DNA of 29,017 nt. Origin: a virus (Duplodnaviria; Caudoviricetes). The stretch covers positions 1-29,017 of the IMG/VR virus record IMGVR_UViG_3300009152_000158. One strand, written 5' to 3'. The notes under the pieces are model-generated. The model saw nothing but the letters and a program-made list of their open reading frames with translations, did no database searches and had not been told where the DNA came from. Made by a program: the position numbers and the translations under genes. This document shows, piece by piece, positions 1 to 7,970 of this stretch; within the stretch, counting starts at the first letter, position 1, and each line of letters starts with the position of its first letter.

Positions 1-1
1 A

Positions 2-751
2 GCAATTTCAACCGCAGTAGATTCATTAGTAGATGGTGCACCAGCACTTCTTAATACATTAAATGAATTAGCAGCAGCAATTAATGATGATGCTAATTAC
101 ACAACAACTCTTACATCAGCATTAGCAACAAAAGCTAACTCAGCAGATGTAACTGCAAGTCTTGCAACTGCCGCTTCAAATGCATCAGCAGATGCAACAT
201 CAAAGGCTAACGCAGCACAGTCTGCAGCAATTACAGCAGCAGCAACAGACGCAACCACTAAGGTAGCAGCAGAAGCAGCACTTAGAGTATCAGGAGATGC
301 AGCATCAGTTGCAACTGCAGCAGCAGACGCAACTACAAAGGCTAACGCAGCGCAAGCAGCAGCGGAAGCAACAGCAGCAGCTGCTAATACAGCGCAGCAA
401 GCTGGAACTACATCATTTACAGCATTAAACATTAATGATGAGGCTAAGCAAATTGCAGCATCATCAACCTCACTTGGATCAGTTGTTGTAACTGCCTACG
501 AGTGGCCAAAGGCGAATTACCGCTCAGGAAAGTTTGTTGTTAAGATTGACAACGGAACACACAATGAAATATCAGAAATTCTAGTAACTCTAGATTCATC
601 AGACAACGTAGCAATTACAGAATATGCAATTGTCGGAACTAATGGGTCAAGAGGAACAGTTACAGCAGATGTTTCAGGATCAAATGTACGCATAAGAGTA
701 AATCCAGTAAATGATTCAACAATCAAAGTATCTGGAACGCTTATTAAATAA
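2..751 (+). CDS. Tail fibre-like virion protein, 3' part (5' truncated by the window edge; not in ORF track)
   Basis: Frame 2 is open from base 2 to TAA 749-751. It reads AISTAVDSLVDGAPALLNTLNELAAAINDDANYTTT (tail-fibre motif, also in 1219..3966), then Ala-rich ADATxKANAAQ coiled-coil repeats and a beta-rich C-terminus (YRSGKFVVKIDNG...EYAIVGTNG). Confidence 0.75.
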   Translation, partial: AISTAVDSLVDGAPALLNTLNELAAAINDDANYTTTLTSALATKANSADVTASLATAASNASADATSKANAAQSAAITAAATDATTKVAAEAALRVSGDAASVATAAADATTKANAAQAAAEATAAAANTAQQAGTTSFTALNINDEAKQIAASSTSLGSVVVTAYEWPKANYRSGKFVVKIDNGTHNEISEILVTLDSSDNVAITEYAIVGTNGSRGTVTADVSGSNVRIRVNPVNDSTIKVSGTLIK

Positions 752-765
752 TTAAATAAAGGTTT

Positions 766-790
766 TGGGGGATTCCTTAAAAATCCCCCA
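766..790. terminator. Intergenic stem-loop (possible terminator or RNA processing/stability hairpin)
   Basis: TGGGGGATT-CCTTAAA-AATCCCCCA is a perfect 9-bp stem just after the stop at 751. There is no canonical U-tract downstream on +. Confidence 0.5.
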
Positions 791-821
791 CAAAAAACAA
801 TTAGGGGATATGTGAACTTAA

Positions 822-1178
822 ATGGCAACAGCAAATAAGAACTTTAAAGTAAAGAACGGATTAAATGTAGCAGGCAATGCCACATTTGACTCTGGAGTCA
901 CGCTAGGCTCAACACCCCTAAGATTTGATACAGTAACAAATAAACTACAAATCCAGTTAAATGGAACTTGGAGTCCTATAGCTTTTGTCTCAGATATTCC
1001 AGACAACTCAACAGAAATTGGGTTTATGGATGTTGGATTAGCAATAGATTATAATGGACTTCCAATATACACAGTACAGGCAAACGGAGTAAGCACCACA
1101 GCAACTAAATTTGCTGACGGTGGATCTCCATCGACTTCAGTATATGGAATTATATTTGATTCTGGGGTTCTAGTTTAA
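822..1178 (+). CDS. Small hypothetical virion/tail-fibre-associated protein (118 aa)
   Basis: The ORF lies between two fibre genes, has an AGGGGA purine tract upstream, and is beta-rich (KNFKVKNGLNVAG). Confidence 0.65.
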   Translation: MATANKNFKVKNGLNVAGNATFDSGVTLGSTPLRFDTVTNKLQIQLNGTWSPIAFVSDIPDNSTEIGFMDVGLAIDYNGLPIYTVQANGVSTTATKFADGGSPSTSVYGIIFDSGVLV

Positions 1179-1187
1179 ACAAAATAA

Positions 1188-1196
1188 TGCTATAAT
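1188..1196 (+). promoter_or_regulatory. Extended -10 promoter (TGnTATAAT)
   Basis: TGCTATAAT at 1188-1196, followed by SD AAGGGG and ATG 1219. Confidence 0.6.
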
Positions 1197-1218
1197 TAGC
1201 AAATAAGGGGTAATAAAT

Positions 1219-3966
1219 ATGTCAACAGTAAGAATTCAAGTAAGAAGAGGCACAGCAGCAGAGTGGACCTCAGTAAATCCTACTCTAGCAGCAGGAGAAA
1301 TGGGTGTTGAAACAGACACTCGTAAGTTAAAAATTGGAACTGGCAACACAGCATGGACTAGTCTTTCATACATAGCCTCTGACTCGCCAGCCATTACCGA
1401 AATTGCACAAGATGCAATTGATCAAGCTCTTTCAATGGGCTCAGGTCTTGCAAAGTCTTACAATGACGGTACAAATACAATTTCTATTACAGTTGATACA
1501 AATGTTATTGCCACAAATTCATACGTAGATAACGCAGTTGGCGGATTACAAAATACAGTAACATCTGATTATGTTCTACTAGCAGATGTAGGAAATGCAG
1601 GCGGGCCTGCAAAGCTAGACGTAGACGGAAACCTACTAGTTCCAAAGTCAAGCATCATATTAGAAGGCGCAACAGCAGATGCTTTTGAAACCACACTTAG
1701 AGTAACAGACCCAACAGCAGATAGAACCATCACATTCCCTGATGCAACTACAACAGTTGTTGGAACAGATACAGCACAAACTTTATCAAACAAAACTCTA
1801 ACTACTCCAACAATTAATGGAGGAGAGATTACTGCTACTGGTGGAACTCCACGTATTCATGGTATTTACCTTCCAGATGCACACTTTATTACTTTTGAAG
1901 GCACAACAAACAATGAATTTGAAACAGTATTGGAAGCTGGGGACCCAACAGCAGACCGCACAGTTACTTTGCCAAATGCTTCAGGTACACTAGCCTTAAC
2001 TTCATATGTAGACAACGCAGTTTCTGGTCTAGTCGACTCAGCACCAGCAACACTTAACACTTTAAATGAGCTTGCAGAAGCGCTAGGAGATAATCCTAAT
2101 TATGCAACAACCATAACAACTATACTAGGAACTATGTCACAAGCTGGATCAGATCACGCTGCAGCATCAACAAGCGTTCACGGAATTGCTAACACAGCAG
2201 ACTTAATGTTAAAGTCTGGCTCAACAATGACTGGACGATTAACTTTAAGTAGTGGCCCAGAAAATAATTTACACGCAGCTACTAAGAAGTATGTAGATGA
2301 CAATGATTCATTACATGCAGGTTTAAATCTAAACGTTCACGGAATTTCTAATACACAAGACTTAGTGTACAAGTCTGGCTCAACAATGACTGGACCATTA
2401 GTGCTTAGTGGAAATCCAGTAAGCAATCTAGAATCAGCAACAAAGCAATATGTTGATGCTCAAATTGATAATACAGAGATTTATGCAGACGACTCTGCAG
2501 ATGCAGCAGTACTAGCGCACACAGCAATAGTTCAGAATGTGCATGGAATTGCTGACACATCACTTCTAGCAACAAAGTCATACGCTGATACAGCAGAAGC
2601 AGACGCAATTACAGCAGCAGGAACAGCAGCAGATACAAAGATTGCAAATGCAGTTGCAGCACTTACAAAATCTTCAGTAGGCCTTGCAAATGTTGATAAT
2701 ACTTCAGATGCTAATAAGCCAGTCTCATCAGCAACCCAAACAGCACTTGATCTTAAACTTGCTTCAGCAACTGCAGCATCAACCTATGCACCAATTGCAA
2801 GCCCAACATTTACTGGTACTGTCTCAGGTATTACAAAGAGCATGGTTGGTCTTGGAAACGTAGATAACACTACAGATGCAAACAAGCCCATCTCTACAGC
2901 AACACAAACAGAACTTGATTTAAAACTTGCCTCTGCAACAGCATCTTCTACATACGCACCCTTGGCTAACCCAACTTTCACAGGAACAGTTTCTGGTGTA
3001 ACAAAGTCACACGTTGGTCTTGGAAACGTAGACAACACAGCAGATGCATCAAAGCCAGTTTCAACAGCACAGGCAACAGCAATAGCAACTGCTAAGTCAG
3101 AAGCAATCGCAGATGCAACCTCACAGGTTACAGCAGTCATTAATGGTGCACCAGCAGCATTTGACACTTTGAAAGAAATTGCAGACTATATTGCAACAGA
3201 TCAGACTGCTGCATCAGCAGTTACATCATCACTTGCACTAAAGGCACCACTTGCTTCACCAACTTTCACAGGAACTGTCTCAGGTATTACAAAGAGCATG
3301 GTTGGACTTGGATCTGTAGACAACACAGCAGACTCAGCAAAGCCAGTATCAACTGCTACACAAACAGCACTTGACCTTAAACTTGCTTCTGCAACAGCAG
3401 CAACAACTTATGCACCACTTGCTTCACCAACATTTACAGGAACAGTCTCAGGCGTAACTAAGTCTCACGTAGGGCTAGGAAACGTTGACAATACATCAGA
3501 TGCAAATAAACCAGTCTCAACCGCTGCTCAAACTGCCCTTGACCTTAAACTTGCTTCTGCAACAGCAGCAACAACTTATGCACCACTTGCTTCACCAACA
3601 TTTACTGGTACAGTAACAGTTGCAGCATCAGGTGTAGCATTTACTGATGGAACTCAAACAAAAGCTGGTGTTCCTTCAATTACTAACATTCCAACTGCAA
3701 TTGAAGCAGGAGCAATCACACTTGCATCAGGACAGGCAGATCAGTTTATTCCGCTAACTGGAGCGGTAGTAATTACTCTACCATCATCAGGATATTCAAC
3801 TGGACAATCAATTGATTTCTACCAAGAATCATCTACAGGAGCACGTTTTGAATCAACTAATGGAGTTGTTGGTACACCAGGACTTAAATTTAGATCAACA
3901 AACTCAGTAGTAACAGCAATGAAAACTCCAAGCGGTTGGTTAGTTTTCGGAGATCTTTTAGCTTAA
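1219..3966 (+). CDS. Long tail fibre protein with Mtd_N/hyaluronidase-N-like anchor and internal repeats (915 aa)
   Basis: N-terminus RIQVRRGTAAEWTSVNPTLAAGEMGVETDTRKLKIGTG resembles the major tropism determinant N-terminal domain. It also has APATLNTLNELAEALG, duplicated DPTADRT and HGI...ATKxYVD motifs, and five VGLxxVDNT repeats. Confidence 0.85.
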   Translation: MSTVRIQVRRGTAAEWTSVNPTLAAGEMGVETDTRKLKIGTGNTAWTSLSYIASDSPAITEIAQDAIDQALSMGSGLAKSYNDGTNTISITVDTNVIATNSYVDNAVGGLQNTVTSDYVLLADVGNAGGPAKLDVDGNLLVPKSSIILEGATADAFETTLRVTDPTADRTITFPDATTTVVGTDTAQTLSNKTLTTPTINGGEITATGGTPRIHGIYLPDAHFITFEGTTNNEFETVLEAGDPTADRTVTLPNASGTLALTSYVDNAVSGLVDSAPATLNTLNELAEALGDNPNYATTITTILGTMSQAGSDHAAASTSVHGIANTADLMLKSGSTMTGRLTLSSGPENNLHAATKKYVDDNDSLHAGLNLNVHGISNTQDLVYKSGSTMTGPLVLSGNPVSNLESATKQYVDAQIDNTEIYADDSADAAVLAHTAIVQNVHGIADTSLLATKSYADTAEADAITAAGTAADTKIANAVAALTKSSVGLANVDNTSDANKPVSSATQTALDLKLASATAASTYAPIASPTFTGTVSGITKSMVGLGNVDNTTDANKPISTATQTELDLKLASATASSTYAPLANPTFTGTVSGVTKSHVGLGNVDNTADASKPVSTAQATAIATAKSEAIADATSQVTAVINGAPAAFDTLKEIADYIATDQTAASAVTSSLALKAPLASPTFTGTVSGITKSMVGLGSVDNTADSAKPVSTATQTALDLKLASATAATTYAPLASPTFTGTVSGVTKSHVGLGNVDNTSDANKPVSTAAQTALDLKLASATAATTYAPLASPTFTGTVTVAASGVAFTDGTQTKAGVPSITNIPTAIEAGAITLASGQADQFIPLTGAVVITLPSSGYSTGQSIDFYQESSTGARFESTNGVVGTPGLKFRSTNSVVTAMKTPSGWLVFGDLLA
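2665..3620 (+). repeat. 56-aa (168-nt) tail-fibre repeat, 5 copies
   Basis: TKSxVGLxxVDNT units start at 2665, 2833, 3001, 3289 and 3457. A 68-nt exact DNA duplication lies at 3370-3437 and 3538-3605. Confidence 0.9.
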
Positions 3967-3990
3967 AGAAAATAATAGAGGAGAGTATAC

Positions 3991-5322
3991 ATGTCAAAAC
4001 AAGCAGGTAGAATGAGCCAATCGGCTAATGACTTTTTAGAGCCAAAAAAACCAACGGTTACATCAATAACAGATGTTGGAACTGATAGACCGTTTGGAAA
4101 TGGAGCACTTACTGTTTCATTTACTTTACCAGCAGATTCTCCTGCAGCAACTTCTTTTACGGTATCAGGATTTTGTAGTGTACATAACACAACTCACACA
4201 GCAACTGGATCGTCATCGCCGATAACAGTATCTGGTTTTGAATCAAACACAACATCACCAATTACTGTAGTTGCAATTAACGCTGCAGGCTCTTCACCAG
4301 TGTCAGATGAAGTTACTTCACCGCTTATTACAACAGTTCCTCAAACACCAAATGCTCCAAGTGTTTCAAATAATGGGCAGGAAAATAACTATGTAACTTG
4401 GTCATCAACCTCTAATGGAGGAAAAGATATCACTGGATACTTTATTATTGATCATGAAAGTGACTACTACTCATACAACTCAAGCACATTTGCAGCAAAT
4501 ATTAGTGAAAATTCAAATGAAAACTTTTCTGTAAGAGTAAGAGCTCAAAACGGAAACGGATTCTCAGCGTACAGTGGTAGTTCAAATACGATTACTACAA
4601 CACCATTTAGCTTTAGCCCATTCGGGTTTACACCATTTGGTTTCACACCATTTGGATTTACTCCGTTTGGATTCACGCCATTTGGATTTACCCCATTTGG
4701 ATTCACCCCATTTGGTTTTACACCGTTTGGATTCACACCTAAGTCCGTAGGAGCAGAAACAATTATTAAGTCTAAGGTGCCAGAAGGATTAATTCTAGCT
4801 CACAACTTGAGCGTAGGAGATGTTCTTTATTCTGCAAATATTGAAGGCATCGATGTTTCAAATACAGCAATAATAGAATATTTACAAAATTGGTCTTCAA
4901 ATAGCGCAAATATATCTCAGGATGCAGAAACAACTATTGTTGCAATGGCAGCAAGAGTTTCGTCAGATGGCGCTGTAGTTATTAATGGAAATAAATATTC
5001 AAAACAGCACTTTGTGCTAATTAAAAGAAATGAAGAAATTCAGTTCTGCCCAGCAGCAGATGTTTTGGAAACAGATTTAATATTTTCTCCAATGGAGTCA
5101 GGATGGGTAGAAGTTGTTGATTATAAGGTAACAGACCAAAGGGAATTGTTGATTTCAATTGACGTTGAGCCATATGATGTATACTTTACAGATAACGCAT
5201 TAGTTCATGACTCTTATAGAGCTACCGACGATCCAAATGCACTCTTGTCCAGCGACGAAACATTTACAGACAAGCTAGATGCAATGTACCAACAATGGAG
5301 AGATTCTCAAGACCAACAGTAG
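3991..5322 (+). CDS. FN3-FN3-(FGFTP)n-Hint domain protein (443 aa); putative self-processing virion surface protein and modification substrate
   Basis: Two FN3-like domains (LTVSFTLP...VVAINAAGSS; VTWSSTSNGGKDITGY...VRAQNGNGFSAYS) are followed by a pentapeptide repeat and Hint-like motifs (SVGAETII...LSVGDVLYS; SKQH; IDVEPYDVYFTDNALVHD). SD GAGGAG lies upstream. Confidence 0.85.
   Translation: MSKQAGRMSQSANDFLEPKKPTVTSITDVGTDRPFGNGALTVSFTLPADSPAATSFTVSGFCSVHNTTHTATGSSSPITVSGFESNTTSPITVVAINAAGSSPVSDEVTSPLITTVPQTPNAPSVSNNGQENNYVTWSSTSNGGKDITGYFIIDHESDYYSYNSSTFAANISENSNENFSVRVRAQNGNGFSAYSGSSNTITTTPFSFSPFGFTPFGFTPFGFTPFGFTPFGFTPFGFTPFGFTPFGFTPKSVGAETIIKSKVPEGLILAHNLSVGDVLYSANIEGIDVSNTAIIEYLQNWSSNSANISQDAETTIVAMAARVSSDGAVVINGNKYSKQHFVLIKRNEEIQFCPAADVLETDLIFSPMESGWVEVVDYKVTDQRELLISIDVEPYDVYFTDNALVHDSYRATDDPNALLSSDETFTDKLDAMYQQWRDSQDQQ
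4600..4740 (+). repeat. 15-nt / 5-aa tandem repeat TPFSF-SPFGF-(TPFGF)x7-TP
   Basis: 4621-4740 encodes eight consecutive perfect FGFTP units, each with a different codon combination. Confidence 0.97.
4744..5211 (+). other. Hint (Hedgehog/intein) autoprocessing domain, about 156 aa, no homing endonuclease
   Basis: Block A-like S252-VGAETIIKSKVPEGLILAHNLSVGDVLYS, block B-like S337xxH340, and block F/G-like ISIDVEPYDVYFTDNALVH406-D407, followed by S408. Confidence 0.8.
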
Positions 5323-5334
5323 TCAGGATTTAAT

Positions 5335-5982
5335 TTGTTCAAACAATTAAAGAAACTGCGCCTAATGGGGCTTTCTGGTGTAAAATATTTTAAGGGTAAA
5401 CCAATTCCTAAATTTAGGAAGTACCCAGAGTATATTAAAGGAACCTGGTCTCAATATACCGTTTTTATGGACAGAGGCAATCACTTAGCAATAGAGTGTT
5501 TGTATAAAGATGATAATAATGAATCTGGAACAATGGTTATGTCCAACTTTATTAATAACGATTACCCTGTTTCTTGGGCAACAATTATTATAGACGGATA
5601 TGATAAAGACCATTACACTGCAATAACAGATAGATACTACACAAACCCATTAAGTAGAAGAAAAAAATATCTAGAGTCATTGTCACTAATAGGATATCCA
5701 GTTTGGTGCACATTTTTTAACATATTGCCAAGGCTAGGACCAGGATATACTGAGGGCACACAAAAGATGGCCTTGAGCGGTTTAACAATGATCTCGTCAG
5801 CAGCTAAAAAAAGAATAATTTTAAATAGCGACAAAGCAGAAAAAGTTGTAAAGGGAGGCATTGTTGAAGGAGAAGTTCCCGCTATAAATATGCCAGAAGA
5901 TCTAGCGGTATACAAAGATCCAGTATTCCCAGCATTATTTCACTCTATGAGCATTTGGGAGCCAAATGATAAAAAATATTAA
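5335..5982 (+). CDS. Hypothetical protein, weakly GNAT-like (215 aa; TTG start uncertain, ATG 5365 alternative)
   Basis: First gene of the coupled cassette. DRYYTNPLSRRKKY loosely resembles GNAT motif A but lacks its glycines. Confidence 0.6.
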   Translation: MFKQLKKLRLMGLSGVKYFKGKPIPKFRKYPEYIKGTWSQYTVFMDRGNHLAIECLYKDDNNESGTMVMSNFINNDYPVSWATIIIDGYDKDHYTAITDRYYTNPLSRRKKYLESLSLIGYPVWCTFFNILPRLGPGYTEGTQKMALSGLTMISSAAKKRIILNSDKAEKVVKGGIVEGEVPAINMPEDLAVYKDPVFPALFHSMSIWEPNDKKY

Positions 5983-6529
5983 ATCAATCAAAAATAACAT
6001 GATGATTTCAGATTACAATAGAATGGTTTCTGAGATGTACGAGCATGTGTACAAATTTAGCCCAGGATTAAAACTTGGATTTAAGCCCAAAAAAGTCTCT
6101 TTAGTAGATTACAAAACATTTAATTTTTTTTCAATGTATAACAAGAATATACATACTTTGTACAAAGAAATTAGTCAAGCAACAAAAGATTTATGTAAAG
6201 AAAATAATATTAACTTTGAAAGAAATTGTTTTTATCTTCTAGGAAACATTGTTAAAAATGAAAAATTGCCAATAGGGACATATATCAATTTTGCTCCAAA
6301 TTACAAAACAACTTTTATGGGGCTATATATAATTAATTCAGATAATGATAAAATGTATCTAGAAGATAAATTAATTGAATTGGAGGCTGGGCAACTAATT
6401 ATGGTAAACTCCTCCTCAAAAATTTTATTTGAAAATATAAGCGACAATCTAATAATTTTGTCATTTAATATTTCCCCAATCGAGTATCTTTATAAGCAAT
6501 ACTATCAAAAATGGATACCAATTTTATGA
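5966..6529 (+). CDS. Degenerate 2OG-Fe(II) oxygenase-fold protein (paralogue of 8704..9348 lacking metal ligands)
   Basis: FNFFSMYNKNIHTLYKEISQATKDLC..INF aligns with YNVFQFYHESIHKLYKSISDTIKEAC..INF, and the C-termini QKWIPIL and QHWIPLL match. There is no HxD/H motif. Confidence 0.65.
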   Translation: MIKNIKSIKNNMMISDYNRMVSEMYEHVYKFSPGLKLGFKPKKVSLVDYKTFNFFSMYNKNIHTLYKEISQATKDLCKENNINFERNCFYLLGNIVKNEKLPIGTYINFAPNYKTTFMGLYIINSDNDKMYLEDKLIELEAGQLIMVNSSSKILFENISDNLIILSFNISPIEYLYKQYYQKWIPIL

Positions 6530-7242
6530 TTAAAATAGAGTTTGTTCCCAAGTACAGACTGTACAGCAAAGTTTTCCCAGAGCCAGTAAGTGTTGCATCA
6601 GCAATACCAGAGTGGTGGAAAACACAAGAAAGTCATTTGAATAATGATCAAAATGTGTATAGTGGAACAATGATGCTCACAGTAAAGAAGTGTCAATCAG
6701 TATTTGATGCTATGACATTTGGATATTACTTAAAATGCCCAGCAGACATATCAATAGATGCGACAGGAGAAAATCTGCAGGTTCAGCTGACCGCAGACAT
6801 AATGGGAATGCAGCAACATCTTGTTGCTAACCATTTAAAAGAACAGATGGCCAAGTATCCAATACCAGACTACTTTCACCCAGAGGTTGTAAGAATACAT
6901 CCAATGTGGCTGGTTCAAACAGAGGCGGGACACAGCTCTTTATTTGTCGCTCCAATGCACGGAGAGGATTCTCCAATTAAAGCGGTCCCAGGAGTCATAG
7001 ACACAGACGAATATCCGTCAGATGGATACTTATCCTTTTTTGTAAAAAAGGGATTTAAAGGAATAATTAAACAGGGTACTCCAATTATTCAAGTAATTCC
7101 TTTTAAAAGAGATGATTGGGAAAGTTCTATTAATAAAGAAAAAGACTCTGACTTTAAGATAAAAGAAAAAAATTTAGGAGTAAGGTCAGTTTTTCAAAAT
7201 GGATATAGAATGAAGTTTTGGAAAAAGAAAACCTATAAATGA
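6526..7242 (+). CDS. DUF6065-like / dUTPase-fold-like beta protein (start more likely ATG 6526 than 6511)
   Basis: Motifs IPEWWK, TVKKCQSVFDAMTFGY, PGVIDTD and IIKQGTPIIQVIPFKRDDW. ATGA overlap with the upstream stop. Confidence 0.65.
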   Translation: MIKIEFVPKYRLYSKVFPEPVSVASAIPEWWKTQESHLNNDQNVYSGTMMLTVKKCQSVFDAMTFGYYLKCPADISIDATGENLQVQLTADIMGMQQHLVANHLKEQMAKYPIPDYFHPEVVRIHPMWLVQTEAGHSSLFVAPMHGEDSPIKAVPGVIDTDEYPSDGYLSFFVKKGFKGIIKQGTPIIQVIPFKRDDWESSINKEKDSDFKIKEKNLGVRSVFQNGYRMKFWKKKTYK

Positions 7243-7970
7243 GCGCTAAAGTAATTAACAGGGTTCCATTCGAGTCAGAATCTTGGGGTTTAATGTCTAA
7301 TATTAGCTTTGAAGAAATAGTTAACTTCTCTAATCTTTTGCCAAAATGGAAAAATTGGTCGTATGTAAAAAGTAATAGTCTATATAAGCAATCAATACTT
7401 AAGCCAGTAAACATGTATGTTGCTAATTTCTCAGAGCCTCCTGAGATCATAAAAATTTCAGACACACAGGTTTATTTGAGATATACAAATTACGCAGACA
7501 TACTGATACAGGTAGCCGATCCAATGATGGGTCACAAAGGAATATTTAAATCTAATCCAATAAACAGCTTACTCTACGCTACAGATAAATGCTGGCTAAG
7601 ACAGTTTTATCCATCTGCAAATGTATACAATATAGATAAAAAGAATCCGATGTCAGATAGAGTTTTTAAAATGTTTATACCTTGGTTTTTAGATATGGAC
7701 ATAAAGTATACAGTTGAAACAAATAAAGAAAATTCTTCTATTGTAGTCATAAAAAAAGAAGATTGTTTTACAAAAACAAATGAAGGTGTTATAATAAAAG
7801 AGGCCAATTTTGTTGATTTTTATTTTACAAAATCTGATGTGCATATGGAAGACAACATATGTGGCTTAATAAAAAGAGGGTCCTACTTATTTGATATACA
7901 AATAGAGGCTGATAGAAAAACAATTAAAAGAATTATAGGGGAGTATGAGAAAAAAAGAACTAAAGGTTAA
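7239..7970 (+). CDS. Hypothetical protein, possibly a divergent member of the same DUF6065-like family
   Basis: ATGA overlap. C-terminal GLIKRGSYLFDI resembles GIIKQGTPIIQV and GIIPKGTPIFQM of its neighbours. Confidence 0.6.
   Translation: MSAKVINRVPFESESWGLMSNISFEEIVNFSNLLPKWKNWSYVKSNSLYKQSILKPVNMYVANFSEPPEIIKISDTQVYLRYTNYADILIQVADPMMGHKGIFKSNPINSLLYATDKCWLRQFYPSANVYNIDKKNPMSDRVFKMFIPWFLDMDIKYTVETNKENSSIVVIKKEDCFTKTNEGVIIKEANFVDFYFTKSDVHMEDNICGLIKRGSYLFDIQIEADRKTIKRIIGEYEKKRTKG

Noticed and set aside
1219-1380. Diversity-generating retroelement suggested by the Mtd_N-like domain
   Set aside because: No reverse transcriptase and no adenine-specific TR/VR pair were seen in the window. The domain is a common fibre anchor.
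4545-4736. Minus-strand ORF with (NPNGV)n repeat
   Set aside because: It is the antisense shadow of the FGFTP repeat. Variation is synonymous only on the + strand (N/K changes on minus).
4600-4740. CRISPR array, or homology to FG-nucleoporin repeats
   Set aside because: The 15-nt units are contiguous with no spacers and lie in frame within a CDS. The FG resemblance is low-complexity convergence with no other support.
4744-5211. Mobile (selfish) intein
   Set aside because: There is no homing endonuclease, it does not interrupt a conserved enzyme, and it is near-terminal behind a repeat. This fits a BIL/Hedgehog-like domesticated Hint better.
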